This document shows, piece by piece, positions 28,587-36,353 of a stretch of DNA of 64,000 bases. Within the stretch, counting starts at the first letter, position 1. Each line of letters begins with the position of its first letter. Made by a program: the position numbers and the translations under genes. Source of the DNA: Candidatus Staskawiczbacteria bacterium (GTDB lineage: Bacteria; Patescibacteriota; Minisyncoccia; Minisyncoccales; Staskawiczbacteraceae). Under the pieces are notes generated by a model that was not told the DNA's origin, did no database searches, and was given only the letters and a program-made list of their open reading frames with translations. Where the stretch lies: the NCBI GenBank assembly GCA_041661545.1, contig JBAZUH010000001.1, positions 147,877 through 211,876 of the forward strand. The letters run 5' to 3'.

Positions 28587-29204
28587 ATGATAAAATTAGT
28601 TTATTTTGATTATGGAGGAGTCATTAAAGACGGATATCCGTTAAAAAAATATTTCCATAAAATTTGTGATGTTTCATTAGAGGAAGCTGAAAAAACAAGT
28701 TTATCAATAAAGACATTCGGCAATAAAGCCAGCAAGGGCCTAATAAGTGACGAAGAATTCTGGAAAGAATGTTCTATAATTTTAGATAAAAAACTGCCAG
28801 ATAATTACTTAGATTTGGCTATTGGTGAATATAGAGCAAATTTTATTTTTAAAACTGACATTTTAAATTTAGCGAAAAAGCTAAGAAATCAGGGCATTAA
28901 AACGGGCATTCTATCAAATATTTTTAAATTTGAAGCAGATGTAATCAGGGGTAACGGTGGCTATGATGAGTTCGATCCGACAATCTTGTCTTATGAAGTA
29001 GGGTTCAGGAAGCCGGAGGCTGAAATATATAGAATGGCCATAGATAGAGCGAGAGTTAAGCCAGAGGAATGCATATTTATAGACGACAAAAAAGAAAATC
29101 TTATTTTACCAGAACAATTAGGTATAAAAACAATATTATTTAAAAATCCAAAACAGGTTATAGACGATGTGTGGAAAATTGTTGACGTAAATAAGAATGA
29201 ATGA
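28587..29204 (+). CDS. HAD-superfamily hydrolase
   Basis: Start reset to ATG 28587 (MIKLVYFDYGGV carries HAD motif I DxD); later FIDDKKEN motif IV. Confidence 0.75.
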   Translation: MIKLVYFDYGGVIKDGYPLKKYFHKICDVSLEEAEKTSLSIKTFGNKASKGLISDEEFWKECSIILDKKLPDNYLDLAIGEYRANFIFKTDILNLAKKLRNQGIKTGILSNIFKFEADVIRGNGGYDEFDPTILSYEVGFRKPEAEIYRMAIDRARVKPEECIFIDDKKENLILPEQLGIKTILFKNPKQVIDDVWKIVDVNKNE

Positions 29205-29240
29205 TAATATTGAGCTACATTGAAAAATTTAAAATCTTTG

Positions 29241-29467
29241 ACTTGGGTCCCCGGCGAAAGCTTAGGGGGTTGGGCCCAACGAGATGGCTTGTGCGCTAGT
29301 GCAGGCCCGGCTTCCTCCGTAATCATAGGATAACTGCTAAATCAAGTAAATTGATGAGTCAGTAAGCGACCCGCTTGGCGGGTAATTGGGGTGGTACCGC
29401 GAGATTTTAAGACTTCTCGTCCCTGTTCTCCGATGTTGCATCGGAGCATAGAGATGAGAAGTTTTTT
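29241..29467 (+). promoter_or_regulatory. T-box riboswitch leader (tRNA-sensing antiterminator)
   Basis: Canonical T-box sequence AATTGGGGTGGTACCGCGAG (29384-29403). Stem III ACCCGC-TTG-GCGGGT lies immediately 5' of it. An antiterminator is possible (GGG[bulge GTGGTACCG]CGAG...CTCG-T-CCC). The competing terminator is CTTCTCGTC...CTCCGATG-TTG-CATCGGAG...GATGAGAAG + T6 (29413-29467). A long GC-rich Stem I is closed by ACTTG/CAAGT (29241-29347). Confidence 0.8.
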
Positions 29468-29504
29468 ATTTGTAAAGAACATTAACAACCAACAAACCAA
29501 AATT

Positions 29505-29711
29505 ATGCACGACGAAGATCTGCCCAAGGATAATCTCGATATGACGTGTACTGAATGTGGAGTAGTGGCACCGACGTGGCGATTGAAAAAAGCCATAGGT
29601 GGTAATCACTTAATAGTTCGGCATAATTTTTGTCCGATTGTTAGAAGCGGGAAGATTGTGCAGCTGTGTATGCCATGCAAGCTGAAAAGCTTGCCTAAAG
29701 GGACACTTTAA
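29505..29711 (+). CDS. 68-aa zinc-ribbon-like protein (GC-rich cassette I4)
   Basis: ATG 29505 lies 38 nt after the T-box terminator. CxxC (CTEC) ... CxxC (CMPC) plus a further Cys. Own terminator at 29700-29728. Confidence 0.45.
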   Translation: MHDEDLPKDNLDMTCTECGVVAPTWRLKKAIGGNHLIVRHNFCPIVRSGKIVQLCMPCKLKSLPKGTL

Positions 29712-29728
29712 TGTGGCCCTCTTTTTTT
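29700..29728 (+). terminator. intrinsic terminator of cassette I4
   Basis: GGGACAC-TTTAAT-GTGGCCC (one mismatch), then TC + 7 T; the stop codon sits in the loop. Confidence 0.55.
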
Positions 29729-29852
29729 GCGTTTTACTCTTTATCTTTTCTTGATAAATTGGTATTATTTAATAATGTTTACCCTGGTTAAATAGCGCCA
29801 TGCGCTAATTTTGTAGCAGCAAAATTATTTAACTGGGTGAAATCACAAATTT

Positions 29853-31052
29853 ATGATAGATACAAATAAACAAAAAATAGAAGAAATTTTAACTCGCGGG
29901 GTTGAAGATGTAACAGTAAAAGAAGAATTGCATAAAAAGCTTCTTTCTGGAAAGAAAGTAAGGCTTTATTTGGGCATAGATCCAACTGGAGCAGATTTGC
30001 ATTTAGGACACGTGGTTGTTTTATGGAAATTAAGAGATTTCCAAGATTTAGGCCACGAAGTTATTTTATTAATAGGAGATTTTACTGCTAAAATTGGAGA
30101 CCCAACAGGAAGAGATACGGCCAGGAAAGTTTTAACAGAAAAAGAAATAAAAGAAAATTTTAAATACTACAAAAAACAAGCGTCAAAGATTTTAGACTTT
30201 TCTAAAGTAAAAATAAAATATAATTCAGATTGGCTTTCTAAATTAAAATTTGAAGATATTTTAAAGCTATCTAGTAATTTTACAGTTCAGCAAATGATTC
30301 AGCGAGATATGTTTCAAAAAAGAATATCAGAAAATTTACCAATAAGCTTGCAAGAGTTTATGTATCCTTTAATGCAGGGGTATGATTCTGTAGTAATGGA
30401 TGTTGATTTAGAAATTGGAGGAAATGACCAGATGTTTAATATGCTGGTGGGGAGAGACTTGCAAAAAATTTATAACAATAAAAATAAAGATGTAATGACT
30501 TGTAAACTTTTATTGGGCACAGATGGCAGAAAAATGAGCAAGACTTTTGATAATTTTGTTGCGATAGAAGATGCTCCTAATGATATGTTTGGAAAAATAA
30601 TGTCTATTAAAGATGAGTTAATGGATCATTATTTTGAGTTAACTACAAGACTATCTAATACAGAAATTTCAGAAATTAAAAATTCTTTAGATAATCCACG
30701 CGATATGAAAGCAAGATTAGCTAAAGAAGTAGTAAAGCTGTATTACGGAGATGTGGAAGCCGTAAAAGCAGAGGAAGAATTTAATAAAGTTCACAGAGAT
30801 AAAGAATTGCCAAGCGATATGCCGGTTTTTGAAACAGATAAAAATAATTATCCACCTTTAGATTTATTATTTGATACAAAGTTAGCTGAATCGAAAAATG
30901 AAGCCAAAAGGTTAATTGAGGGCGGGGGAGTGGAAATTATAAATGGTGATATAAAAGAAAGGGTTGCTGATTGGAAAAAAGAAATTAGTTTAAAAGACGG
31001 AGATATCATAAAAGTTGGAAATAGGAAATTTGTTAAGATATCGCTACGCTAA
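29853..31052 (+). CDS. tyrS: tyrosine--tRNA ligase
   Basis: 399 aa; HIGH (DLHLGH), KMSKT, C-terminal S4-like domain. Confidence 0.95.
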   Translation: MIDTNKQKIEEILTRGVEDVTVKEELHKKLLSGKKVRLYLGIDPTGADLHLGHVVVLWKLRDFQDLGHEVILLIGDFTAKIGDPTGRDTARKVLTEKEIKENFKYYKKQASKILDFSKVKIKYNSDWLSKLKFEDILKLSSNFTVQQMIQRDMFQKRISENLPISLQEFMYPLMQGYDSVVMDVDLEIGGNDQMFNMLVGRDLQKIYNNKNKDVMTCKLLLGTDGRKMSKTFDNFVAIEDAPNDMFGKIMSIKDELMDHYFELTTRLSNTEISEIKNSLDNPRDMKARLAKEVVKLYYGDVEAVKAEEEFNKVHRDKELPSDMPVFETDKNNYPPLDLLFDTKLAESKNEAKRLIEGGGVEIINGDIKERVADWKKEISLKDGDIIKVGNRKFVKISLR

Positions 31053-31070
31053 AAATTAAATTAAAATAAT

Positions 31071-32498
31071 ATGCCAAGATTTTTAATAAAAGATACATCA
31101 AAACACATAGGTGAAAAAGTCAGAGTTTGTGGATGGGTAAATACCTGGAGAGCCCACGGTAAAATTTTGTTTATTGATTTACGAGATATTAGCGGAATTT
31201 TACAAGTGGTTTTTGTTCCTTCAAATGCAGAGGCTTATGAATTGGCAAAACAGTTAAGGCCCGAGTGGGCAATAGAAATTGTGGGGCAAATTGTAAAAAG
31301 GCCAGAAAATATGATTAACGATAAAATTGAAACAGGACAGGTTGAAATGTCTGTAGAAAGTTTAAAGGTTTTATCAAAATCAGAAACCCCACCATTTTCT
31401 ATAGAGGGTGATGGTTATGATATTGGAGAAGAAACAAGAATGAAATATAGGTATTTAGATTTGAGAAGAGAAAGGCTTAAGAACAATCTTATTGTGCGAC
31501 ATAAAGTTATGCAATTTGCTAGAAATTTTTTGAGTCAAGAGGGTTTTACAGAAATTGAAACCCCCATATTAACAAAATCAACCCCAGAGGGTGCAAGAGA
31601 TTATATTGTGCCATCTAGGCAAGAACCCGGAAAGTTTTATGCATTGCCTCAATCTCCTCAGCAATATAAGCAATTATTAATGGTTGCTGGAATAGAAAAA
31701 TATTTTCAATTTGCAAAATGTTTAAGAGATGAGGACCCAAGAGGAGACAGACAACCAGAATTTACTCAATTAGATTTAGAAATGAGTTTTGTGTTGCAAG
31801 AAGATGTTATGGATTTAATAGAAAGGCTTCTAATACTTACTGTGCAAACATTATTTCCAAATAAAAAAATTCAAGAAACTCCTTTTCCAAGAATAGATTA
31901 TAAAGATGCGATTAAAAAATATAAAACTGATAGGCCAGATCTTAGAAAAGATAAACATGACAAAGATTTGTTAGCTTTTTGTTGGATTGTAAATTTCCCA
32001 TTTTTTGAAAAAACAAATAATGGCAAATGGACATTTACGCATAACCCCTTTTCGGCAGCTAAACCAGAATTTGAAGAAGACTTATTGAATAATAAAAATA
32101 TAGAAAATATATTAACTACTCAATATGATGTTGTATTAAATGGTTTTGAAATTGGTGGAGGAAGTATTAGGAATCATAGACCAGAAGCTCTTGAAAAAGT
32201 TTTTGAAATAATGGGTTATAAGAAAGAAGTTATAAAAGAGCAATTTGGTCATATGCTAGAAGCTTTTAAATATGGTGCTCCGCCTCACGGGGGCATTGCC
32301 TGGGGTTTTGACAGGCTTATTGCTTTACTCACAGGAGAGCCTAATATTAGAGAAGTAATTGCTTTTCCTAAAACTGGAGATGGCAGAGACTTAATGATGC
32401 AAGCTCCAGCAGAGGTAGATAAAAAACAATTAGAAGAGTTACATATAAAAATTAACTCGTCTAAGCCCATTAAAAATGGAGAAATAAAAAAGAAATGA
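31071..32498 (+). CDS. aspS: aspartate--tRNA ligase (short form, possibly non-discriminating)
   Basis: 475 aa; OB anticodon-binding N-terminus, class II motifs (QSPQQYKQLLM, FRDEDPRGDRQPEFTQLD, GGGSIR, GFDRL); no GAD insertion. Confidence 0.9.
   Translation: MPRFLIKDTSKHIGEKVRVCGWVNTWRAHGKILFIDLRDISGILQVVFVPSNAEAYELAKQLRPEWAIEIVGQIVKRPENMINDKIETGQVEMSVESLKVLSKSETPPFSIEGDGYDIGEETRMKYRYLDLRRERLKNNLIVRHKVMQFARNFLSQEGFTEIETPILTKSTPEGARDYIVPSRQEPGKFYALPQSPQQYKQLLMVAGIEKYFQFAKCLRDEDPRGDRQPEFTQLDLEMSFVLQEDVMDLIERLLILTVQTLFPNKKIQETPFPRIDYKDAIKKYKTDRPDLRKDKHDKDLLAFCWIVNFPFFEKTNNGKWTFTHNPFSAAKPEFEEDLLNNKNIENILTTQYDVVLNGFEIGGGSIRNHRPEALEKVFEIMGYKKEVIKEQFGHMLEAFKYGAPPHGGIAWGFDRLIALLTGEPNIREVIAFPKTGDGRDLMMQAPAEVDKKQLEELHIKINSSKPIKNGEIKKK
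31491..31500 (+). repeat. ATTGTGCGAC polar motif copy 3
   Basis: Exact 10-mer inside aspS. Confidence 0.9.
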
Positions 32499-33466
32499 AC
32501 TTAAAGCGTATTATTGGGGGGCCACTTTTGGCAATTATTTTTTTAGGTGGTTTTGTATATACCATTAATGGAGCTCAGAGGTTTTTTGATAATTCTGCAA
32601 AATTACCGGAAGAAAAAGTATTTTTAGGTAGTGTTTCTAGCGGGTTAGAGAGCGTTATAGACAAAAATAGTACAAATGAGTTATTAGAAAATCCAGTAGC
32701 TCCTGTTATATTAAAAGTTGTACCTTTAGAACAAAAACAAGAAATAAATATAAGCGCTAAATCAGTAATTTCTGTGGAAAGTGATTTAAACAATTATAGT
32801 AAAATAATTTTTGAAAAAAATTCTGATGAAAAATTACCAATAGCAAGTTTAACAAAACTAATGACAGCAATTATTGTTTTAGATAACTATAATTTGTCAG
32901 ATACTTGGGTTGTAAGCAAAATAGCAGACTCGCAAAGTTCTATTAGGCAAGATGTAAAATTAGGGCAAGAGTTAACTATTAAAAGTTTTTTAGAAATAAT
33001 GTTGGTGGAATCAAGTAATAAATCAGCGTATGCTTTATCTGAATTAGTTGGTAAAAGTAATTTTATTGATTTAATGAATCAAAAAGCAGAAGAGCTTGAA
33101 CTAAAAGATACAATTTTTGTAGACCCCACGGGCTTGAGCCATAAAAATGTATCTACTGCTAAAGACTTAGTTAAATTAACAGAATATATTATTAAAAATT
33201 ATCCTCAAATAGCAGAGATAAGCCAATTTAAAAAACTTTATGTTGAAGGGTTTGGAGACATTATTAACACAGACCAATTGTTGGGAGAGATTCCAGAAAT
33301 AGTTTGTAGCAAAACAGGATTTACTACTTTAGCTAAAGGTTGCCTGCTTTTGGCCGTAAAGAATCCTCAGAGCAATAATTATTTAATTAACGTTGTTTTG
33401 GGCTCAGATGATAGATTTGGAGAAATGAAAAAATTAATTAATTGGTCTGTTGAATCTTGCAAATGA
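32495..33466 (+). CDS. D-alanyl-D-alanine carboxypeptidase (S11, PBP5/DacB-like)
   Basis: SxxK (ASLTK), SxN (ESSNK), KTG (SKTGFT); N-terminal TM. Confidence 0.8.
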   Translation: MNLKRIIGGPLLAIIFLGGFVYTINGAQRFFDNSAKLPEEKVFLGSVSSGLESVIDKNSTNELLENPVAPVILKVVPLEQKQEINISAKSVISVESDLNNYSKIIFEKNSDEKLPIASLTKLMTAIIVLDNYNLSDTWVVSKIADSQSSIRQDVKLGQELTIKSFLEIMLVESSNKSAYALSELVGKSNFIDLMNQKAEELELKDTIFVDPTGLSHKNVSTAKDLVKLTEYIIKNYPQIAEISQFKKLYVEGFGDIINTDQLLGEIPEIVCSKTGFTTLAKGCLLLAVKNPQSNNYLINVVLGSDDRFGEMKKLINWSVESCK

Positions 33467-34140
33467 CTAGGAAAATAATATTTTTGATATTTGTAGTATT
33501 AATATTGGCGTCTACAATATTTATTTTATATTTTTACGAATTTAAAAATAAAACAATTAAAATAAGTGTTCCAGAAGCAATAGAACAAAAAAATATAAAT
33601 GATGATGACTTATTATTAAAAGTAAATAAACAAAATTGTTTGTTAGCAGACTATGTTCCAAGTGATTTAATAGATGTGTTGAATTATCAGATTCCCGCTA
33701 GTAAAAGTTTTAAACTTAGGAAAGTTGCAATTTATGATTTAAAGGCTATGATAAATCAGGCCAAGCAAGAAGGCATTAGTTTAAAAGTAATTTCTGCTTA
33801 TAGGTCTTATCAAGATCAAAAACGTATTTATAATTCTTGGGTTGATAAATTAGGGCAAAAAGAGGCTAGTAGGCAGAGCGCACCTCAAGGATGTAGCGAA
33901 CATCAACTGGGCACAACAATAGATTTTAATAAACTAGATTCTAATTTTGCCAATGAGCCCGCTGGAATTTGGCTTGAAAAAAATGCTTATAAGTATGGAT
34001 GGGTTATTTCTTATCCTGCAAATTCAGAAAAAATAACAGGCTATATTTATGAGCCATGGCATTATAGATATATTGGAATAGATAATGCATTAAATTTTAA
34101 AAATTCGGGGTTGATATTAAGTGAATTTTTAAATAAATAA
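33457..34140 (+). CDS. M15B (VanY-type) D-Ala-D-Ala carboxypeptidase
   Basis: SAYRSY, SEHQLGTTIDF, EPWHYRY zinc-peptidase motifs; N-terminal TM. Confidence 0.8.
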   Translation: MQMTRKIIFLIFVVLILASTIFILYFYEFKNKTIKISVPEAIEQKNINDDDLLLKVNKQNCLLADYVPSDLIDVLNYQIPASKSFKLRKVAIYDLKAMINQAKQEGISLKVISAYRSYQDQKRIYNSWVDKLGQKEASRQSAPQGCSEHQLGTTIDFNKLDSNFANEPAGIWLEKNAYKYGWVISYPANSEKITGYIYEPWHYRYIGIDNALNFKNSGLILSEFLNK

Positions 34141-34150
34141 TTTTAAAAAT

Positions 34151-35215
34151 ATGACAACGTTATTAATATTAAATGTTATTAAAATATTTTCCTTGGCTGC
34201 TTTTGCTTCGGTGGTAGCCATTTTATGGACTCCGCTTTTAACGCATTTTTTATATAAAAATAATCTTTGGAAAAAAACATCAGGTAAAAAAGCAATTTCT
34301 GGCGAAGAAGCAGTAATTTTTAATAATTTACATAAAGAAAAAGAAATTGGAATTCCAAGAATGGGAGGGCTTTTGATTTGGATGACAACAGTTTTTATTA
34401 TTTTTTTATTTTTTATATTATCTTTAATTTTTCCTGATACATGGGTGTCTAGGCTTAATTTTTTATCAAGAAGCCAAACGTGGTTACCACTTTTTACATT
34501 AATAATTGCATCTATAGTTGGTTTAATTGACGATATTTTAGTTACAAAAGGTTGGGGCAAATATATTGCTGGAGGAATATCCTTAAAGAAAAGATTATTA
34601 ATTGTTACATTAATAGGGCTTATTGGAAGTATTTGGTTTTATCAAAAATTAGGTTGGGATGTAGTATTTATTCCATTTTTAGGTGACGTTTCTATAGGGC
34701 TATGGTATATACCATTATTTATTATAGTAACAATTGCTTGTTGGTCTGGAGGAATAATAGATGGTTTAGACGGTTTAGCAGGGGGAGCATTTGCTTCTAT
34801 TTTTGGAGCATTTACAGTTATAGCTTTCTCATTAGGACAAATTGACTTGGCTGCTTTTTGCGCCGTTATTACAGGAACATTATTTTCATTTTTATGGTTT
34901 AATATACCCCCTGCTCGGTTTTATATGGGCGAAACGGGTATATTGGGTTTAACAACTGTTTTGTCTGTGATAGCATTTTTAACTAATTCGGTTTATGTTT
35001 TGCCAATAATTGCGGGGCTTTTAGTAATTACTGTGGCTTCAGCAATAATTCAAGTTTTGTCTAAAAAATTTAGAAAGAAAAAAATATTTTTATCTACTCC
35101 AATACATCATCATTTTGAAGCATTAGGCTGGCCGTCTTATAAAGTTACCATGAGAGCGTGGATTATAGGTGTTATTTTGGCATTAATAGGTGTTGCCATA
35201 AGACTATTCAAATAG
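34151..35215 (+). CDS. mraY: phospho-N-acetylmuramoyl-pentapeptide transferase MraY
   Basis: 354 aa polytopic; GLIDD, DGLDGLAGG, PARFYMGETG, HHHFE motifs. Confidence 0.95.
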   Translation: MTTLLILNVIKIFSLAAFASVVAILWTPLLTHFLYKNNLWKKTSGKKAISGEEAVIFNNLHKEKEIGIPRMGGLLIWMTTVFIIFLFFILSLIFPDTWVSRLNFLSRSQTWLPLFTLIIASIVGLIDDILVTKGWGKYIAGGISLKKRLLIVTLIGLIGSIWFYQKLGWDVVFIPFLGDVSIGLWYIPLFIIVTIACWSGGIIDGLDGLAGGAFASIFGAFTVIAFSLGQIDLAAFCAVITGTLFSFLWFNIPPARFYMGETGILGLTTVLSVIAFLTNSVYVLPIIAGLLVITVASAIIQVLSKKFRKKKIFLSTPIHHHFEALGWPSYKVTMRAWIIGVILALIGVAIRLFK

Positions 35216-35290
35216 TTGAATCTTTTTTGTTTTAGGGTTATCATTTAAAATTGTAAATTTGAAATTAAAAATTCCGCGAAGGCGGCGCGG

Positions 35291-35345
35291 GCCCATAGTA
35301 AATTGTATTCGTCCCGATGTACATCGGGAAGGGCCAGATTCAATT
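35291..35345 (+). pseudogene. tRNA-like 5' fragment (truncated in T-loop)
   Basis: GGGCCCATAGTAAAT is identical to the first 15 nt of tRNA-Ala at 35603. It is followed by a D-arm-like segment, a perfect 18-nt palindrome TCCCGATGTACATCGGGA in the anticodon-arm position (6-nt rather than 7-nt loop) and GGCCAGATTCAATT (a T-arm 5' half). No 3' half is present. Confidence 0.35.
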
Positions 35346-35348
35346 AGT

Positions 35349-35612
35349 ATGTATTTTTTATATATTTTACAAAGTGTTAAAAACAATAGATATTATATTG
35401 GGAGTACAAATAATTTGGATAGACGCTTATCTGAACATAACGGAGGGAAAACCAAGTCATTAGAAAATTTAAGGCCACTAAAAATAGTTTTTAGTAAAGA
35501 ATTTGAAAAAGAGATAGACGCTAGACGAATAGAAAGAAGATTAAAAAAATTTAAAAATAGGAATATTATTGAAAATATTGTAAAAGAGCAGAGGATAAAA
35601 ATGGGCCCATAG
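35349..35612 (+). CDS. GIY-YIG nuclease family protein (small, UPF0213-like)
   Basis: 87 aa from ATG 35349: YFLYILQSVKNNRYYIGSTNNLDRRLSEHNGG is the GIY-YIG signature. The last 10 nt including the TAG stop overlap the 5' end of tRNA-Ala. Confidence 0.85.
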   Translation: MYFLYILQSVKNNRYYIGSTNNLDRRLSEHNGGKTKSLENLRPLKIVFSKEFEKEIDARRIERRLKKFKNRNIIENIVKEQRIKMGP

Positions 35613-35673
35613 TAAATCGGTATTACGCCTCCATGGCATGGAGGAGGGCCGGGTTCGATTCCCGGTGGGTCCA
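35603..35673 (+). tRNA. tRNA-Ala (anticodon GGC)
   Basis: Acceptor GGGCCCA/TGGGTCC with the G3:U70 Ala identity pair; D arm GTAA-ATCGGTA-TTAC; anticodon arm CCTCC-ATGGCAT-GGAGG; T arm CCGGG-TTCGATT-CCCGG; discriminator A; CCA not encoded. Confidence 0.85.
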
Positions 35674-35731
35674 CAAACAGGGTGTTCCTGCGATACAGAA
35701 CATTGAAAATCAAGCGAAAGGAAATCACGCC

Positions 35732-35986
35732 ATGCCAACCACGATTGACGCCATTTTGGAAAAATCTGGGGGTTCTTGTCCCTCAAGGCGCCCCGACTGT
35801 TTGCTGTTGTATAAGTATGTGCCCCTTATTTGTTGCGTTAGCAACTTTCCCGATATAAAACTGGATCAAAGGGTTCATGCTTCCCGTGTTGATAGGAATG
35901 GGGAAAATCCTAATAGGGTATATTTAAAGGAAATGGACGGTTGGATTCCGGTGGACCATTTCGATTTAGAGGAAAAAGGAGGTTGA
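35732..35986 (+). CDS. 84-aa Cys-rich hypothetical protein (GC-rich cassette I5, gene a)
   Basis: ATG 35732 preceded by AAAGGA; 4 Cys (C15, C22, C33, C34); the TGA stop overlaps the next ATG (TGATG). Confidence 0.45.
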   Translation: MPTTIDAILEKSGGSCPSRRPDCLLLYKYVPLICCVSNFPDIKLDQRVHASRVDRNGENPNRVYLKEMDGWIPVDHFDLEEKGG

Positions 35987-36246
35987 TGATGGAACCACTA
36001 AAAATTGGAGGACTTATTGAGCAAAAGCATAGGCTAAAAAGCAAGGTCCCCATACTTTTGTTGACTTTTTTCGTAATATACATTCCTTTTCTGGGCAAGA
36101 TTGTCTATGACAGCAGGTCTTTGCCAAATTTTTGGGAACTGGTTCTGCTGGGGGGATTAGCTGTTGTTCCAGTGAGTGCTGGGTTGGTATGCTTTACCGT
36201 TAATATCATGCTAAACCGAAGCAAGCACTTCAGGCCCTTTCATTAA
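35986..36246 (+). CDS. 86-aa two-helix membrane protein (GC-rich cassette I5, gene b)
   Basis: ATG 35986 preceded by the strong SD AAAGGAGG; translationally coupled to gene a; two hydrophobic helices. Confidence 0.5.
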   Translation: MMEPLKIGGLIEQKHRLKSKVPILLLTFFVIYIPFLGKIVYDSRSLPNFWELVLLGGLAVVPVSAGLVCFTVNIMLNRSKHFRPFH

Positions 36247-36251
36247 TTTTT

Positions 36252-36282
36252 GCCCTTGGACATCTCTTGGGCTTCTTTTTTT
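36252..36282 (+). terminator. intrinsic terminator of cassette I5
   Basis: GCCC...GGGC weak stem, then TTC + 7 T; flanks TGCCCTT..GG...GGGCTTCTTTTTTTAT match the I3 terminator. Confidence 0.45.
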
Positions 36283-36353
36283 ATTCATTGACACGGTTTT
36301 CTTTTATGTAATATAATAACTTAACAGTATAAATAATATTTAATTATAAAATT

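Noticed and set aside
29331-29342. Assigning the T-box specifier codon (candidates GCU-Ala, ACU-Thr, UGC-Cys, GAU-Asp)
   Set aside because: Stem I could not be folded unambiguously without software and no S-turn/GAA landmark was recognised. Any amino-acid call would be a guess.
29342-29596. ORF 29342-29596 (-) and the 5' part of ORF 29391-29711 (+) lying over the T-box
   Set aside because: The region is explained by a conserved T-box RNA (consensus box, Stem III, terminator). Only the part from ATG 29505 is kept as a possible CDS.
34129-34560. 143-aa ORF antisense to the start of mraY
   Set aside because: It lies entirely within or opposite the well-supported mraY gene and gives the lysine/isoleucine-rich translation typical of antisense AT-rich DNA.
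35259-35986. ORF-track extensions and overlaps around the tRNA locus: 35259-35348 extension, 35393-35728 (-), 35541-35786 (-), and 35633-35731 as part of the 117-aa ORF
   Set aside because: They translate the tRNA-like fragment or tRNA-Ala itself, for example the RRRRGP run. tRNA structure explains the GC-rich sequence.
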